Source: Candidatus Bathyarchaeota archaeon (GTDB taxonomy: Archaea > Thermoproteota > Bathyarchaeia > Bathyarchaeales > Bathyarchaeaceae). From it: DNA of 64,000 nt. The translations under genes were made by a program, and so were the position numbers. The notes beneath the pieces were generated by a model. It worked only from the letters and a program-made list of their open reading frames with translations, had not been told where the DNA came from and did not search any database. The stretch's first letter is position 1. Each line of letters opens with the position of its first letter. Of this stretch, positions 1 through 9,994 are shown in pieces. The stretch covers positions 32,001 through 96,000 of the forward strand of contig CAVOMX010000011.1 of assembly GCA_963697165.1 (NCBI GenBank). Direction: 5' to 3'.

Positions 1-568
1 GTTAGAAGAGGACACGAAAATAGTTCTCTTTGTGGGACGACTCTATCACAGAAAAGGTCTAGAAACCCTGTTACATTCGATTCCGCCAGTCCTCAAAGAG
101 TTCAGTAACGTAAAATTTGTCATATCAGGAAAAGGCTTCAAACAAAAAGAAGAGAGCCTCAAAAACTTGGCAAAACAACTGGACATAGAAGAACACGTAA
201 CGTTTCTGGGATACGTTCCAGACGAAAAACTTCCCAATCTCTACTCTGCATCTGACATATTTGTGCTGCCCGCAATCTACGAAAACTTTCCATTTGCAAT
301 ACTTGAAGCCCAATCCACTGGACTTCCAGTTATTTCCACCAAGGTGGGAGGAATACCCGAGTTCTTAGTAGATAATGAAAACGGGTTTTTGATAGACCCC
401 GGAGACCCAACACAACTAACACAAAGAGTACTGACTCTGCTGCAGGACCCAAAACTTGCAAAAGAAATGGGTGATCGCGGAAGAAGGCTAATAGAAGAAA
501 AGTTTGATTGGCACCTCATTACAGGCCAAGTAATCGACCTGTACCACAAGCTTTTGGAGACAACTTAA
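1..568 (+). CDS. GT4-family glycosyltransferase, C-terminal part (5' end outside window)
   Basis: Frame open from position 2 (LEEDTKIVLFVGRL..KG); GT4 motifs DIFVLPAIYENFPFAILEAQSTGLPVI, VGGIPE, FDW. Confidence 0.92.
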   Translation, partial: LEEDTKIVLFVGRLYHRKGLETLLHSIPPVLKEFSNVKFVISGKGFKQKEESLKNLAKQLDIEEHVTFLGYVPDEKLPNLYSASDIFVLPAIYENFPFAILEAQSTGLPVISTKVGGIPEFLVDNENGFLIDPGDPTQLTQRVLTLLQDPKLAKEMGDRGRRLIEEKFDWHLITGQVIDLYHKLLETT

Positions 569-1568
569 CTACAATGAGTTGTCCCAGTGTTTATCTACCC
601 ACTCTTTTCCCTTGATTTCAGTATCGACTTTCCTGTAGACGTTCATGCAGCCCTGTAGCATATTCAAAAAGGGCGTGCCAAAGCAAAGACGGGTGAGAAA
701 ATAGTTTTTGTATACCCAACGTTGAGCCCTAACAGCAAAATCTGCATATGGAAGCAGGAATGGGCGCTTCACATCCTCAATTTTTTCGCCTATGATTTGA
801 GTCTCTGTTTCTTCACGTTGATAATGCTTGTCAATGAACTTTAGGTAACTGATGTCAGCCCAGTCAATACCCATGATTTCACAGCATAACTTGTCCATGG
901 CAAGAAGGTCACTACTTGTTAGGACAAGATTCATTGGTATGACGATTCCCCTGTTGGGTCCGTTTCCTTCCATGGCAAATGTAGCATCCATAACAACAAA
1001 CTTGGGTTTCAGCAGAACAAGCAAATCATGCATAACCATGTCAAAGTTAGGGTGAAGAAAAATGCGCCGATTATTAGGTATGCAGCCGAACAGGTTCTTT
1101 ATGGCGCCGCTATATGATTGTGAACTCGTGAGTCTTCATAACTGGAAGGTCAACAATAGAGTCTGCTTCGACAAGAGTTTTGGGCAACGGAAAATTTTTC
1201 AAGCAAAAGGTTTCAGGATTCTGAACATTCACGATTTCGTCGTTAGATAGGTTAATTGTCTTTCCGCCAGCCTTGGCGACTATCTTTTCTACGCCAGTCA
1301 TTGCCAGAGCATCGTCACAGCAGTAGTTGTAACCATTGGATTCACCAACAACAACCTCTTCAGCCCTGTCCCGAAGAAGGCTAACCAAATGAAAGAGAAG
1401 CTGAGGATTTGTTACAGCCCCCGGAATATAAGTTTTGGAGCACAAGTTCGGTTTAATGAAAACCTTGCCCCGAACATGCTTATCCCAATCCGCAGCTTTC
1501 AGCGCCTCTCGTAAAGCAGACTCCAAACCATCATCAGTTCTGAAGATGCCCATCTTCACCTTCTTCAT
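569..1568 (-). CDS. DUF362-family Fe-S protein, split by one apparent indel near 1110
   Basis: ORF 1110-1568 (VFIKPNL, AVTNP, GES, LPVMKTH) joins ORF 569-1039; removing one base gives KTHEFTIYSGAIKNLFGCIP, followed by MEGNGP..G and SSDLLAMD. Confidence 0.85.
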
Positions 1569-1571
1569 TTG

Positions 1572-2985
1572 TCAGTCACCCTCCGAGAGCTTTTTGATGC
1601 AGCCGGGGTCAGACATAAGATAGTCATCATGATATGAGAAAGCTCTTGCTCTACATCCGCCGCAAACAAACTTGTACTCACACTTGCCGCAACGCCCTTT
1701 CAGTTTTTCTCTGTCTCTGAGATCCTTGAATACTGAAGAGTTAAACCAGATATCTTTTAGTCGTTCCTTCTTTAGATTTCCAACTACTAGGGGCATGAAG
1801 ACACAGGGTTGAACATCCCCTTCGGGAGAGATGGCACAATAGAATCGTCCAGCTCCACAGCCTCCAATGAAGTCGGCTAGAGCCTTGGCTCTTTTGCTTA
1901 TCTTAGCGGCTTCCATGTGCGCAAGAGGCATTATGATATCTTTTTGGTGTTGGAGATTGAGACTGCAAAGCCACCCGAGCGAGCTGCGGAGTTGTACTCA
2001 ATATAGCAATTTTATGGTCCTCAGACAACTTTTTAGTGAAGAAACGTAGAAGCTCCTCACGCTCCTGAGGAGAAAGATCAGCCGCCACTATGTCTTTACC
2101 TCTACCTGTCGGCACAAAATTGAATAATGTGAATCTGTCAATTCCCATGTTCTCAGCCATTTCAAGCACTAAAGGAATTTCTTTTAGGTTATTTTTGGTG
2201 CCTGTTATTGCTACACAGGTACAGATGTTTTTGTCCATACAATTCTTTAATCCCTGTAACGTCTGCTCAAAAGCGCCAGTTTTTCCCCTGAAGAAATCAT
2301 GCGTCTTGGCGTTAGCGCCATCAAGGCTAACTTCCACGTAATGGACACCAATTTCCTTGAGTTTTCTAACGTTCTCTTCGTTAAGCAGGGTCCCATTTGT
2401 TGCTAAAGAAACATATAGTCCCGATTCAACAGCGTGACGTGCAACATCAAAGAAGTCTTTTCTCATCAAGGGTTCACCCCCTGAAAAGGCTAAAGAGGTA
2501 ACGCCGAAATCTGCCAGTTGATCCACAACCTTCATGGCATCCTCGGTAGAAAGCTCCATCTTTGAAATGCTGCCGGAGTCCGAGTAACAGTGCTTACATT
2601 TGAGATTACATTTGTATGTGAAGTTCCATACCACAAGGAAAGGTGCATGAACCTGTATGGGACGATTGAAACCAAACTCAGCAAAACCGGATACTATGCT
2701 GTTTATGGCTCTTCGGGTGTACGAGTCTGCAAAAAGTTTGGAAACACGGCTCTTTTCAACGGCTAATGCCTTTTGTATGAAACCTATCCAGAATCCTATG
2801 ACTCCAGCGTAAAGGCCACAGGAGAAACAAAAGGAGCATTTCTTGCCAGCGTAAGTATCCAGTGCGGTTTCAAGTGGGGTCCTGTTACATTTTTGGCATG
2901 CGGTCAAAGTGGTTTTCAGCATCCATTTTACGGGTGGCGTCTTTAGAACAGCGTTCCATAGTCGTTCGTTTGTCAACAAGTCCAT
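1572..2985 (-). CDS. Radical SAM/SPASM protein with Cys-rich N-terminal extension, split by an indel in an A5 run near 1943
   Basis: [36 protein letters not shown] part [34 protein letters not shown] in ORF 1572-1931; N-terminal CQKC and CSFCFSC. Confidence 0.88.
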
Positions 2986-3261
2986 TGGAATCTTTCCAGA
3001 GGGATGGTTTTAAGATACAATTAAAGTTAGTAGTGGAAACGGTAAAAATAAACTTACCGAGATAAAGAGCCAGACAAAACGTGCAACGTAATCGTGTGGC
3101 GGCTACAGCAAAAAGTTGGAGCCAACCAGTCAAGGGGCACCAGTATTCATCAAGATTTTGTGTTAAAAGTGGTTAGACTCTAATAATAGGTAATATCGAC
3201 AGATTTATGAGGAGGAGTCAGCCCTAACTTTCTAACTAAACTTTAGTTGGGTCGCTTTTAA

Positions 3262-4569
3262 ATGACAGATAATAACGGGGATAAATCGCAACCCTATGAA
3301 GAAGTAGAAAACTGGCCACCCTACACTTACACAGAATATCCAGAGGTTACAGCCGAGAACATTCGCACCTTCACAGAATTTTTGAATACTGAAAACGAAG
3401 TCGGCCTAAAAATGGAGCTGCAACCGTGGGTGTCTTTCTGTGACTCCAAATGCAGTTTTTGCTATTTCCCGAATGAAAGCTTTTCGAGACCCATTATGGC
3501 GCCATATGTTAAGGCTCTAAAGAAAGAGTTGAAAATGTATGCAAAAACCCGCTATATACAAACCAGCGTTTTTGACGAAGTGGTTTTGGGCGGTGGAAGT
3601 CCCACCGTGTTGGATGCAGACCAGCTAGTTGATATCCTATCATTCTGTAAAGAGAACTTCAACCTAACTGATGATGTTATGGTTAAGGTTGCTGGATGCA
3701 CACATAACCTTACTGTGGAGAAACTGAAGGCAATTTCAGATTTCGCTAACAGAGTGGATGCCAGATGCACCCAAATTGATATTGGTGTGCAGACGTTTGA
3801 TAATAAAATAAGAAAAATATTGAATATTGTTGATAGCGCAGAGGATGCATCAAAGGTTATTAAAACTGTGCGTGAAATGGGGATTTATGCCTGTATTGAC
3901 CTGATGTATAATCTTCCTGGAGAGACCATGGATACTGTCAAGAAAGATGTTGAAACTGCAATGGCATTAGAGCCTGAAGGGATTGATTATTATGCACTTA
4001 GCATACATCCAGAAACTCCTCTGCAAAAACAGGTCAATTCTGGAAAGGTGCCGGACTTAGCGGATTCAGAAACAGAGAAAAAGATGTACATAGAAGCGTA
4101 TGAACTGTTCAAGAAAGGAGGCTATAAACCGACAGGGCATAGCCGCTTCTCTTACGTACAAGAGCATTTTACCGAATCTTGTGTTGCAGGATGGCCTTGG
4201 GCGGGACAGCTTACAACTGGTTCCGGCTGTTTCATGGGTTATCTTGGGCCATTTTCGTATTTGAACATCGAGCCTGCACGTGCTTACATCGATTTTGTCT
4301 CTAAAGGAGCTTTCCCAATAGCGAAACTTTCAGTGGACTCCAAAGAGGATACAATGAAAAAGGTAATGACACGACTGTACGTCCGTCAGCCCGTGGACAA
4401 AATCAAATTCAAGAAAGAATTTGGCAAGACACCTGAAGAAGCTTTCCCAGATGCAATAAAACGATTAGTGAGCAAAGGTTTGATTGAGGTTGACAACAAG
4501 GAAATACGAGTAACAGAAAAGGGCGACCTGTGGAGATACAACATCGTATGGGAGTTCTGTGAAAAGTAA
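3262..4569 (+). CDS. HemN-like (class C) radical SAM protein
   Basis: YTEYP, FCDSKCSFC, GGGSPT, IGVQTF, DLMYNLPGET and a HemN_C-like tail (VTEKG). Confidence 0.85.
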   Translation: MTDNNGDKSQPYEEVENWPPYTYTEYPEVTAENIRTFTEFLNTENEVGLKMELQPWVSFCDSKCSFCYFPNESFSRPIMAPYVKALKKELKMYAKTRYIQTSVFDEVVLGGGSPTVLDADQLVDILSFCKENFNLTDDVMVKVAGCTHNLTVEKLKAISDFANRVDARCTQIDIGVQTFDNKIRKILNIVDSAEDASKVIKTVREMGIYACIDLMYNLPGETMDTVKKDVETAMALEPEGIDYYALSIHPETPLQKQVNSGKVPDLADSETEKKMYIEAYELFKKGGYKPTGHSRFSYVQEHFTESCVAGWPWAGQLTTGSGCFMGYLGPFSYLNIEPARAYIDFVSKGAFPIAKLSVDSKEDTMKKVMTRLYVRQPVDKIKFKKEFGKTPEEAFPDAIKRLVSKGLIEVDNKEIRVTEKGDLWRYNIVWEFCEK

Positions 4570-4705
4570 CGCGTGCAGATTTTTATTCTGTTCATGATGA
4601 GCTCTGTTGAGCATAATCGGTTATTAATCACTAAAAACCCGAGGGGGAAACAGAAACATCAGAAGGGGGTTTAACGGCTTTTTCTATACGCTAATCATAA
4701 TTAGC

Positions 4706-5935
4706 ATGCTAACTGTGACGTTTAATGTTTTGCCGCTTGAAGCAAAATCGGATGTGATAACAGTTCCAGATGAATATTCCTCAATTCAAGAGGCCATTAA
4801 CAATTCAAAATCAGGAGACACTGTTTTCGTTAAATCTGGGATCTACTTTGAGCACATAGTTGTCGACAAAAATGGTTTGAGACTTGCTGGAGAAAACAGG
4901 GATACAACAATAATTGATGGTGCCGGAACAGGCAACACAGTTTATGTGGAGGCAAACAATACTGAGGTAAGTGGCTTCACTGCACAGAATAGTGGCTGCA
5001 ACTTCACTGAAAGTGGAATTTACCTTAACAGTTTGTTCAACACATCTATTTCCAACAACAAAGTAAGCAGCAACCATCTTGGCGTTTACCTGTCTTCGTC
5101 GCCTAACTGTGTTCTCAGAGATAATAACATGACAGGTAACTTCTATAATTTTGGTGTTTCCGGACACAATCTTCAAGAATACATTCATGACATAGATGTT
5201 TCGAATATTGTGGATGAAAAACCCATTATTTACTGGGTTAACCAAACCAACAAGCAGCCTCCAGCCAATGCTGGATATGTAGCTATCATTAACTCCACAA
5301 AAATCACTGTTGAAAACTTAACATTAACAAAGAATTGGCAAGCGGTATTACTTGCATACACCACAAACTCAATTATCAAAAACGTCACAGTTACATCCAA
5401 CATGGATGCTATATGGCTAATAGAGTGCTCTAACTGTGTGGTTTACGGCAATAACGTAAACGAAAATAATTGGGGCGGCATCGCACTGGTAAATTCTTAT
5501 CTTTGTTCTGTTCAGTGCAACAACGTAAATAGCAATAAAGAGTATGGAATTTTCCTATCTTACTCCTCAGACAACATATTTTACCATAACAACTTGAACA
5601 ACAATAAAAGACAGGTTTGGCTTTACGGGGTCAACAACAATGTTTGGGATGCGGGCAATCTAATCGGCGGCAACTACTGGAGCAACTATAACGGCACAGA
5701 CAGTAAAGGAGACAACATTGGGGATACACCATATATCATCGATTCAGACACCAAAGACAGTTACCCACTTATGCAGCCTTGGATAATTCTGCCTCCCGAA
5801 GTCTCACCAATAAGCAGTGTGGTATATCTCATTACGGGGATAGGGACTATAATTGCACTTATTATAGGTATATACCTATTGAAACACCGAAAACGATCCT
5901 TTACTGGCGGCAAAATCCGACATACTGAAGAATAA
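4706..5935 (+). CDS. Parallel beta-helix (NosD/CASH) surface protein with C-terminal membrane anchor
   Basis: ITVPDEYSSIQEAIN..GDTVFVKSGIY, Asn-rich repeats, GGNYWSNY.G.D, DSYPL, C-terminal TM plus basic tail; the frame stays open upstream with hydrophobic residues, so the true start may be earlier. Confidence 0.85.
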   Translation: MLTVTFNVLPLEAKSDVITVPDEYSSIQEAINNSKSGDTVFVKSGIYFEHIVVDKNGLRLAGENRDTTIIDGAGTGNTVYVEANNTEVSGFTAQNSGCNFTESGIYLNSLFNTSISNNKVSSNHLGVYLSSSPNCVLRDNNMTGNFYNFGVSGHNLQEYIHDIDVSNIVDEKPIIYWVNQTNKQPPANAGYVAIINSTKITVENLTLTKNWQAVLLAYTTNSIIKNVTVTSNMDAIWLIECSNCVVYGNNVNENNWGGIALVNSYLCSVQCNNVNSNKEYGIFLSYSSDNIFYHNNLNNNKRQVWLYGVNNNVWDAGNLIGGNYWSNYNGTDSKGDNIGDTPYIIDSDTKDSYPLMQPWIILPPEVSPISSVVYLITGIGTIIALIIGIYLLKHRKRSFTGGKIRHTEE

Positions 5936-5953
5936 AAGGAGAGGGGAGATAAA

Positions 5954-6664
5954 ATGAAGAAACCCAAAGAGCTGATAAAGCTGATACTATTAGTAATGAT
6001 AGTATCTGTTTTCTTGTTTTACCTCAGTGTAGCCGTGTATGGTTGGGACAATTGGGGTTTCGCGATTCTAAACATCATATTTTTTGAAATCTTCGTTTTA
6101 TTTACTCAAGTTAGAAAGAGGCTGGCACGCCTTCCCACAAGCATTTACGTGGCATTCATATTTGCATTATATGCTGAAATGTATGGATTCCCTTTAACGA
6201 TGTACATTTTCACTTGGCTCTTTGGATACAATAACGTGTATACTTTGGGACAACTTCTTGCAGGAGTAATAGGAGAAAACTTGTTTGCCATAATTTTTCA
6301 CATAATCATATTGCCAGTCTCGAGCATAATCATGTTAATAGGGATACTTTTGATCATCTTTGGTTGGAGAAAAATTTTCAAGGCCAAAGGAGAACTTGTG
6401 ACAACGGGCATCTATGCATATGTTCGTAATCCACAGTATCTAGGAATTTTGTTACTCACGTTTGGCATGAACATTCAGTGGCTTACTATTCTTACGCTCT
6501 TGTTGTGGCCCGCCCTCGTTATTGTATATTATCGACTTGCCAAAGAAGAAGCAAAAGAGATAGAGAAGAAATTCGGAGAAGAGTATCTGAAATATAAGCA
6601 GAAGGTTCCCATGTTTATACCGCGGTTACAAATAAGGAAACATGCACAAACTGGTTTGGACTAG
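5954..6664 (+). CDS. Isoprenylcysteine carboxyl methyltransferase/PEMT-family integral membrane methyltransferase
   Basis: Multi-TM; LVTTGIYAYVRNPQYLG and EE..EKKFGEEYLKYKQKVPMFIP motifs. Confidence 0.85.
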   Translation: MKKPKELIKLILLVMIVSVFLFYLSVAVYGWDNWGFAILNIIFFEIFVLFTQVRKRLARLPTSIYVAFIFALYAEMYGFPLTMYIFTWLFGYNNVYTLGQLLAGVIGENLFAIIFHIIILPVSSIIMLIGILLIIFGWRKIFKAKGELVTTGIYAYVRNPQYLGILLLTFGMNIQWLTILTLLLWPALVIVYYRLAKEEAKEIEKKFGEEYLKYKQKVPMFIPRLQIRKHAQTGLD

Positions 6665-6791
6665 AAGCAAAGTCAGTTATGTAAGTTTTGGATATTTCAG
6701 TTCCATAAAAATGATTGATGTTTTGATTCAACAGAGTTAAATTTAAAAAGACTTATCTGAAGTTCCATCATTATTACTATTATGAGCATAA

Positions 6792-7943
6792 ATGAACCGA
6801 AGAAACGTTTTGGTTGTCCTTTTTTGTTCTCTGCTGATTGTTTCCCTTGCATTGCATTATGTTTTCCTTGTTAAAGATTCACCGAAAGGTGAGCCACTAG
6901 AGGTTTTTGTTGGAGTTGATGTAGCTTACGACAACATTGCAGAAATTGAAAGTCTTGCTAACGAAATCAGCAATTACACAAATCTCTTCGTGATCGGTTG
7001 CACCGGCATATCATATAACATCACGCAGCTCTACGAAACGTGTCAATATGTTTTCGAAAAAGGCTTTTCGTTCATAGTTTACTCTGACATGCCTCCTAGA
7101 TTGGAATGGTTTGTATGCTGTTATCTTGATTGTGGCAATCAATGGGGTGAAAAATTTCTGGGATTATATGCTTTTGATGAAGGAGGCGGAAGGCAGTTGG
7201 ACCTTAAAATACCTAGACCTTTTCGTGTTGATGAAGCAGACAACTACACTGATGCCGGAACCAAATTTGTAAATAGTGCAACTGAGCTCCTGAACTGGTA
7301 CTGCCAAGGTTTCAATAGTTCTATGAATTTTCCCTTGTTTACTTCAGACTATGCTCTTTACTGGTTTGACTACAAAGCGGGATATGATGTGGTCTTAGCA
7401 GAGTTTGGCTGGAATTACAGTAGACAATTGAATGTAGCACTCTGCAGAGGGGCAGCTACAGTTCAAAACAAGGATTGGGGAGCAATGATTACTTGGACAT
7501 ATAATGAGCCTCCGTATATTGAATCAGGCGAAGAACTTTACGATGACATGATTTTAGCATATGAAAATGGCGCAAAATATATTGTAGTATTTGACACCAA
7601 CAAAGAATATATCCATGGGATTTTGGAAGAAGAACATTTAGATGCTTTAAAACAATTTTGGCAATACACCCAAGACAATCCCAGAACAACTACTGTAACA
7701 AATAACAGAGTTGCATACGTTCTTCCAAAAGATTATGCATACGGTTTTCGAGGACCAAACGATAAAATTTGGGGCCTATGGGAGGCTGACGATTTTGCAT
7801 TCGAACTATGCACAAACCTTGGCAGTCTACTAGAACAATATGGAACCACATTAGACATAATTTATGATGATGGATTGAATTCTAGCAACACAAACTTATA
7901 TAGTAGACTAATATTTTGGAACGAAACAGTCTACGATACATAA
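6792..7943 (+). CDS. Secreted or membrane-anchored conserved hypothetical protein
   Basis: 383-aa ORF with N-terminal hydrophobic segment and aromatic-rich soluble domain (PLFTSDYALYWFDYKAGYDVV, WGAMITW). Confidence 0.7.
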   Translation: MNRRNVLVVLFCSLLIVSLALHYVFLVKDSPKGEPLEVFVGVDVAYDNIAEIESLANEISNYTNLFVIGCTGISYNITQLYETCQYVFEKGFSFIVYSDMPPRLEWFVCCYLDCGNQWGEKFLGLYAFDEGGGRQLDLKIPRPFRVDEADNYTDAGTKFVNSATELLNWYCQGFNSSMNFPLFTSDYALYWFDYKAGYDVVLAEFGWNYSRQLNVALCRGAATVQNKDWGAMITWTYNEPPYIESGEELYDDMILAYENGAKYIVVFDTNKEYIHGILEEEHLDALKQFWQYTQDNPRTTTVTNNRVAYVLPKDYAYGFRGPNDKIWGLWEADDFAFELCTNLGSLLEQYGTTLDIIYDDGLNSSNTNLYSRLIFWNETVYDT

Positions 7944-7957
7944 GTACGTCAGCGTTG

Positions 7958-9031
7958 TTACTCGCGAAGCGCTTGTGGAATGTAAGCGCATGCGGGATCG
8001 GATTCGAAGATGTCTCCTGTGTAGTATTCGGCTCGTGTTCTGCAGCCGCCGCATATCTCGCGGTATTCGCATATTCCACATTTGCCTTTGAGGTTGCGTT
8101 TGTCTCTTAGCTTCAGATAGAATTCGTCGTGTTGTAGGTCATTCCAGATTTCTCTGAGACTTTTATCTTTCAGGTTAGCCAATTTCAGATGTTCATTAAA
8201 TCCGCAGGGTTTAACGTCTCCATTCGGAGATATGCTCACGTAGTGGCCGTCCATAGTGCATTTACCCAAAAAATCGTTTGCGTACCAGTCCCAGAAATTG
8301 TGCATTCCCCTATCTCTGACTATACGGGCATAGAATGGACTATACACTTTGATGTCAACCTTGCCCTTGTACTCTTGATACAAATCGTAAACATGATTCC
8401 ATAGTGATTCATATTCTTCAGGCGAAGGAGCAAGTTCAACATTATATTTTCCGTTACCTACGGGAACGTAGTTGTGAATAACCACACGTTTAGCATCATA
8501 CTCGTCAGCTACGTTGACTAGATAATCCATTTCTTTAAGGTTAAGTTTTGTAACTGTGGTTACCAGACAATCTAGAAGCCCTACTTTTGACAAGTTTTGA
8601 ATTGCAGAGAGGGCTTTTTTATGTTCACCTTTTCCCCGAAGTTTGTCTTGTACTTCTTCAGGGCCATCAAAGCTAATGGAGGTCATGACGTTTTCTTTTA
8701 TGAGCTTGTTATAAGTATCGCCTTCAACAAAAAGGCCGTTTGTAATCAAGCTTACATTCATGCCCAATTGGTTTGCGTGATGAATTGGTTCAAAAATGTC
8801 TCCACGCGTAAGTGGTTCGCCGCCACTCAATCCAAACCATGTGGCGCCAAAATCATAAATCTCATCTACTACATGCAAGGCGCCTTTAACATCCATTTCG
8901 TCCTCGGCTGGAATCTTAGGAAGGTCTCCACCTCGAAAACTACAATACATACAATTGAGGTTACAGCCATGAGTGCATCGCCAAACCATAATAAACATAG
9001 GTCCTTTAGTTTGCAGGTGAATCAACCTCAT
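7958..9031 (-). CDS. Radical SAM/SPASM protein (AhbD/NirJ-like)
   Basis: VWRCTHGCNLNCMYC, SGGEPL, TNG, ISFDG; SPASM GKC..NGDVKPC..KGKCGICEYREICGGCRTRA..DPAC. Confidence 0.9.
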   Translation of the reverse strand: MRLIHLQTKGPMFIMVWRCTHGCNLNCMYCSFRGGDLPKIPAEDEMDVKGALHVVDEIYDFGATWFGLSGGEPLTRGDIFEPIHHANQLGMNVSLITNGLFVEGDTYNKLIKENVMTSISFDGPEEVQDKLRGKGEHKKALSAIQNLSKVGLLDCLVTTVTKLNLKEMDYLVNVADEYDAKRVVIHNYVPVGNGKYNVELAPSPEEYESLWNHVYDLYQEYKGKVDIKVYSPFYARIVRDRGMHNFWDWYANDFLGKCTMDGHYVSISPNGDVKPCGFNEHLKLANLKDKSLREIWNDLQHDEFYLKLRDKRNLKGKCGICEYREICGGCRTRAEYYTGDIFESDPACAYIPQALRE

Positions 9032-9143
9032 CTTTTAGTATTCTACTACAAGATTTTCCATATATATTAAAATATTGTTTTTACTTACATATAGAAAATA
9101 TGCAAAAGATTTCTACCCCAAAGTGCTTGCTCCATACCTAAAA

Positions 9144-9794
9144 CTATCTTTTTGACTGTAATTCGGCATTTCTGATGACAAAATATCCTTTCGAGCCTTC
9201 CCAGAAAACTTCTGAATCAAGTACGTTTATTCTTTTCTTGTATAGGGGACAATCTAGAACAAAAGTGTGGTATGCTCCAAGTTCACCCGAAGAATTTATT
9301 TTTTGTTGCTTTTCCAGTTCCTCCATTTTCTGTATGATGTTCATGTCTAGTTCTTTTCCAATCCAGCTTTTTCGGGAGCCCCAGGAAGTGTCTAGTTCAA
9401 TTATCTTTGTTTGGAATCCCAGATTCTTTATTTCTTTGAGAGCTGCTATTGGTTTTTTTCCCCAAAGTGGAGCGTAGTGTTCAACGTTTATGGGATCGCA
9501 AATCTGTTTGTACCAATCAATGTGTTCGGGCGTTATCATCACTCCAGAGATAACTTTGGTTGCATTCAAGGCCCTAAGCGTTTTTCTTATTGCGGGCAAT
9601 TCTTTTTCAGTAGTTACAACGGGTATTCCCAGAGTTTCTGACACTAGTTCTAGTAGCCAACTGTTTAATCGATGTGCTTTACTGCCATTTTTCACGAATA
9701 ACAAGTAATCCACGTTGATTCCGCTGTTTAATGCCACGTAAAGTGCGTGCATCGAATCTTTTCCCCCAGACGAAAAAGCAACTACTTTCGACAT
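9144..9794 (-). CDS. DUF71/Dph6-like PP-loop ATP pyrophosphatase (divergent copy)
   Basis: SSGGKDS PP-loop, APLWG, WIGKEL, GELGAYHTFVLDCPLY. Confidence 0.82.
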   Translation of the reverse strand: MSKVVAFSSGGKDSMHALYVALNSGINVDYLLFVKNGSKAHRLNSWLLELVSETLGIPVVTTEKELPAIRKTLRALNATKVISGVMITPEHIDWYKQICDPINVEHYAPLWGKKPIAALKEIKNLGFQTKIIELDTSWGSRKSWIGKELDMNIIQKMEELEKQQKINSSGELGAYHTFVLDCPLYKKRINVLDSEVFWEGSKGYFVIRNAELQSKR

Positions 9795-9885
9795 TTTGGT
9801 AACACCTACAGTTCAGTGCAGTAACTTGGCTGTTTTACATCTGTAGAATATGAGCATATAAGAATACCGTGACCACCATCGCAAA

Positions 9886-9905
9886 TAGGTGGATACTCCA
9901 ACGTA
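9886..9905. promoter_or_regulatory. Imperfect palindrome (core TGGATACTCCA) next to a minus-strand TATA element, upstream of the DUF71 gene
   Basis: taggTGGATACTCCAacgta; minus-strand TTATAAA at 9913-9907; core differs by one base from the btuF palindrome core TGGATAATCCA. Confidence 0.4.
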
Positions 9906-9994
9906 GTTTATAACGACTCAAGGGCATAACAAAAATTGGGCACATAACAACGCCACTTGCATTTGACGAGAAAATCAGCATTCTTCAGCTACTA

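Noticed and set aside
3232..3250. AACTAAA-C-TTTAGTT dyad before the HemN-like gene
   Set aside because: Short, AT-rich and single-copy; not distinguishable from chance
9144..9794. Calling either DUF71 gene dph6
   Set aside because: Two copies, both in B12-salvage context; orthology to diphthamide synthetase cannot be established from the sequence alone
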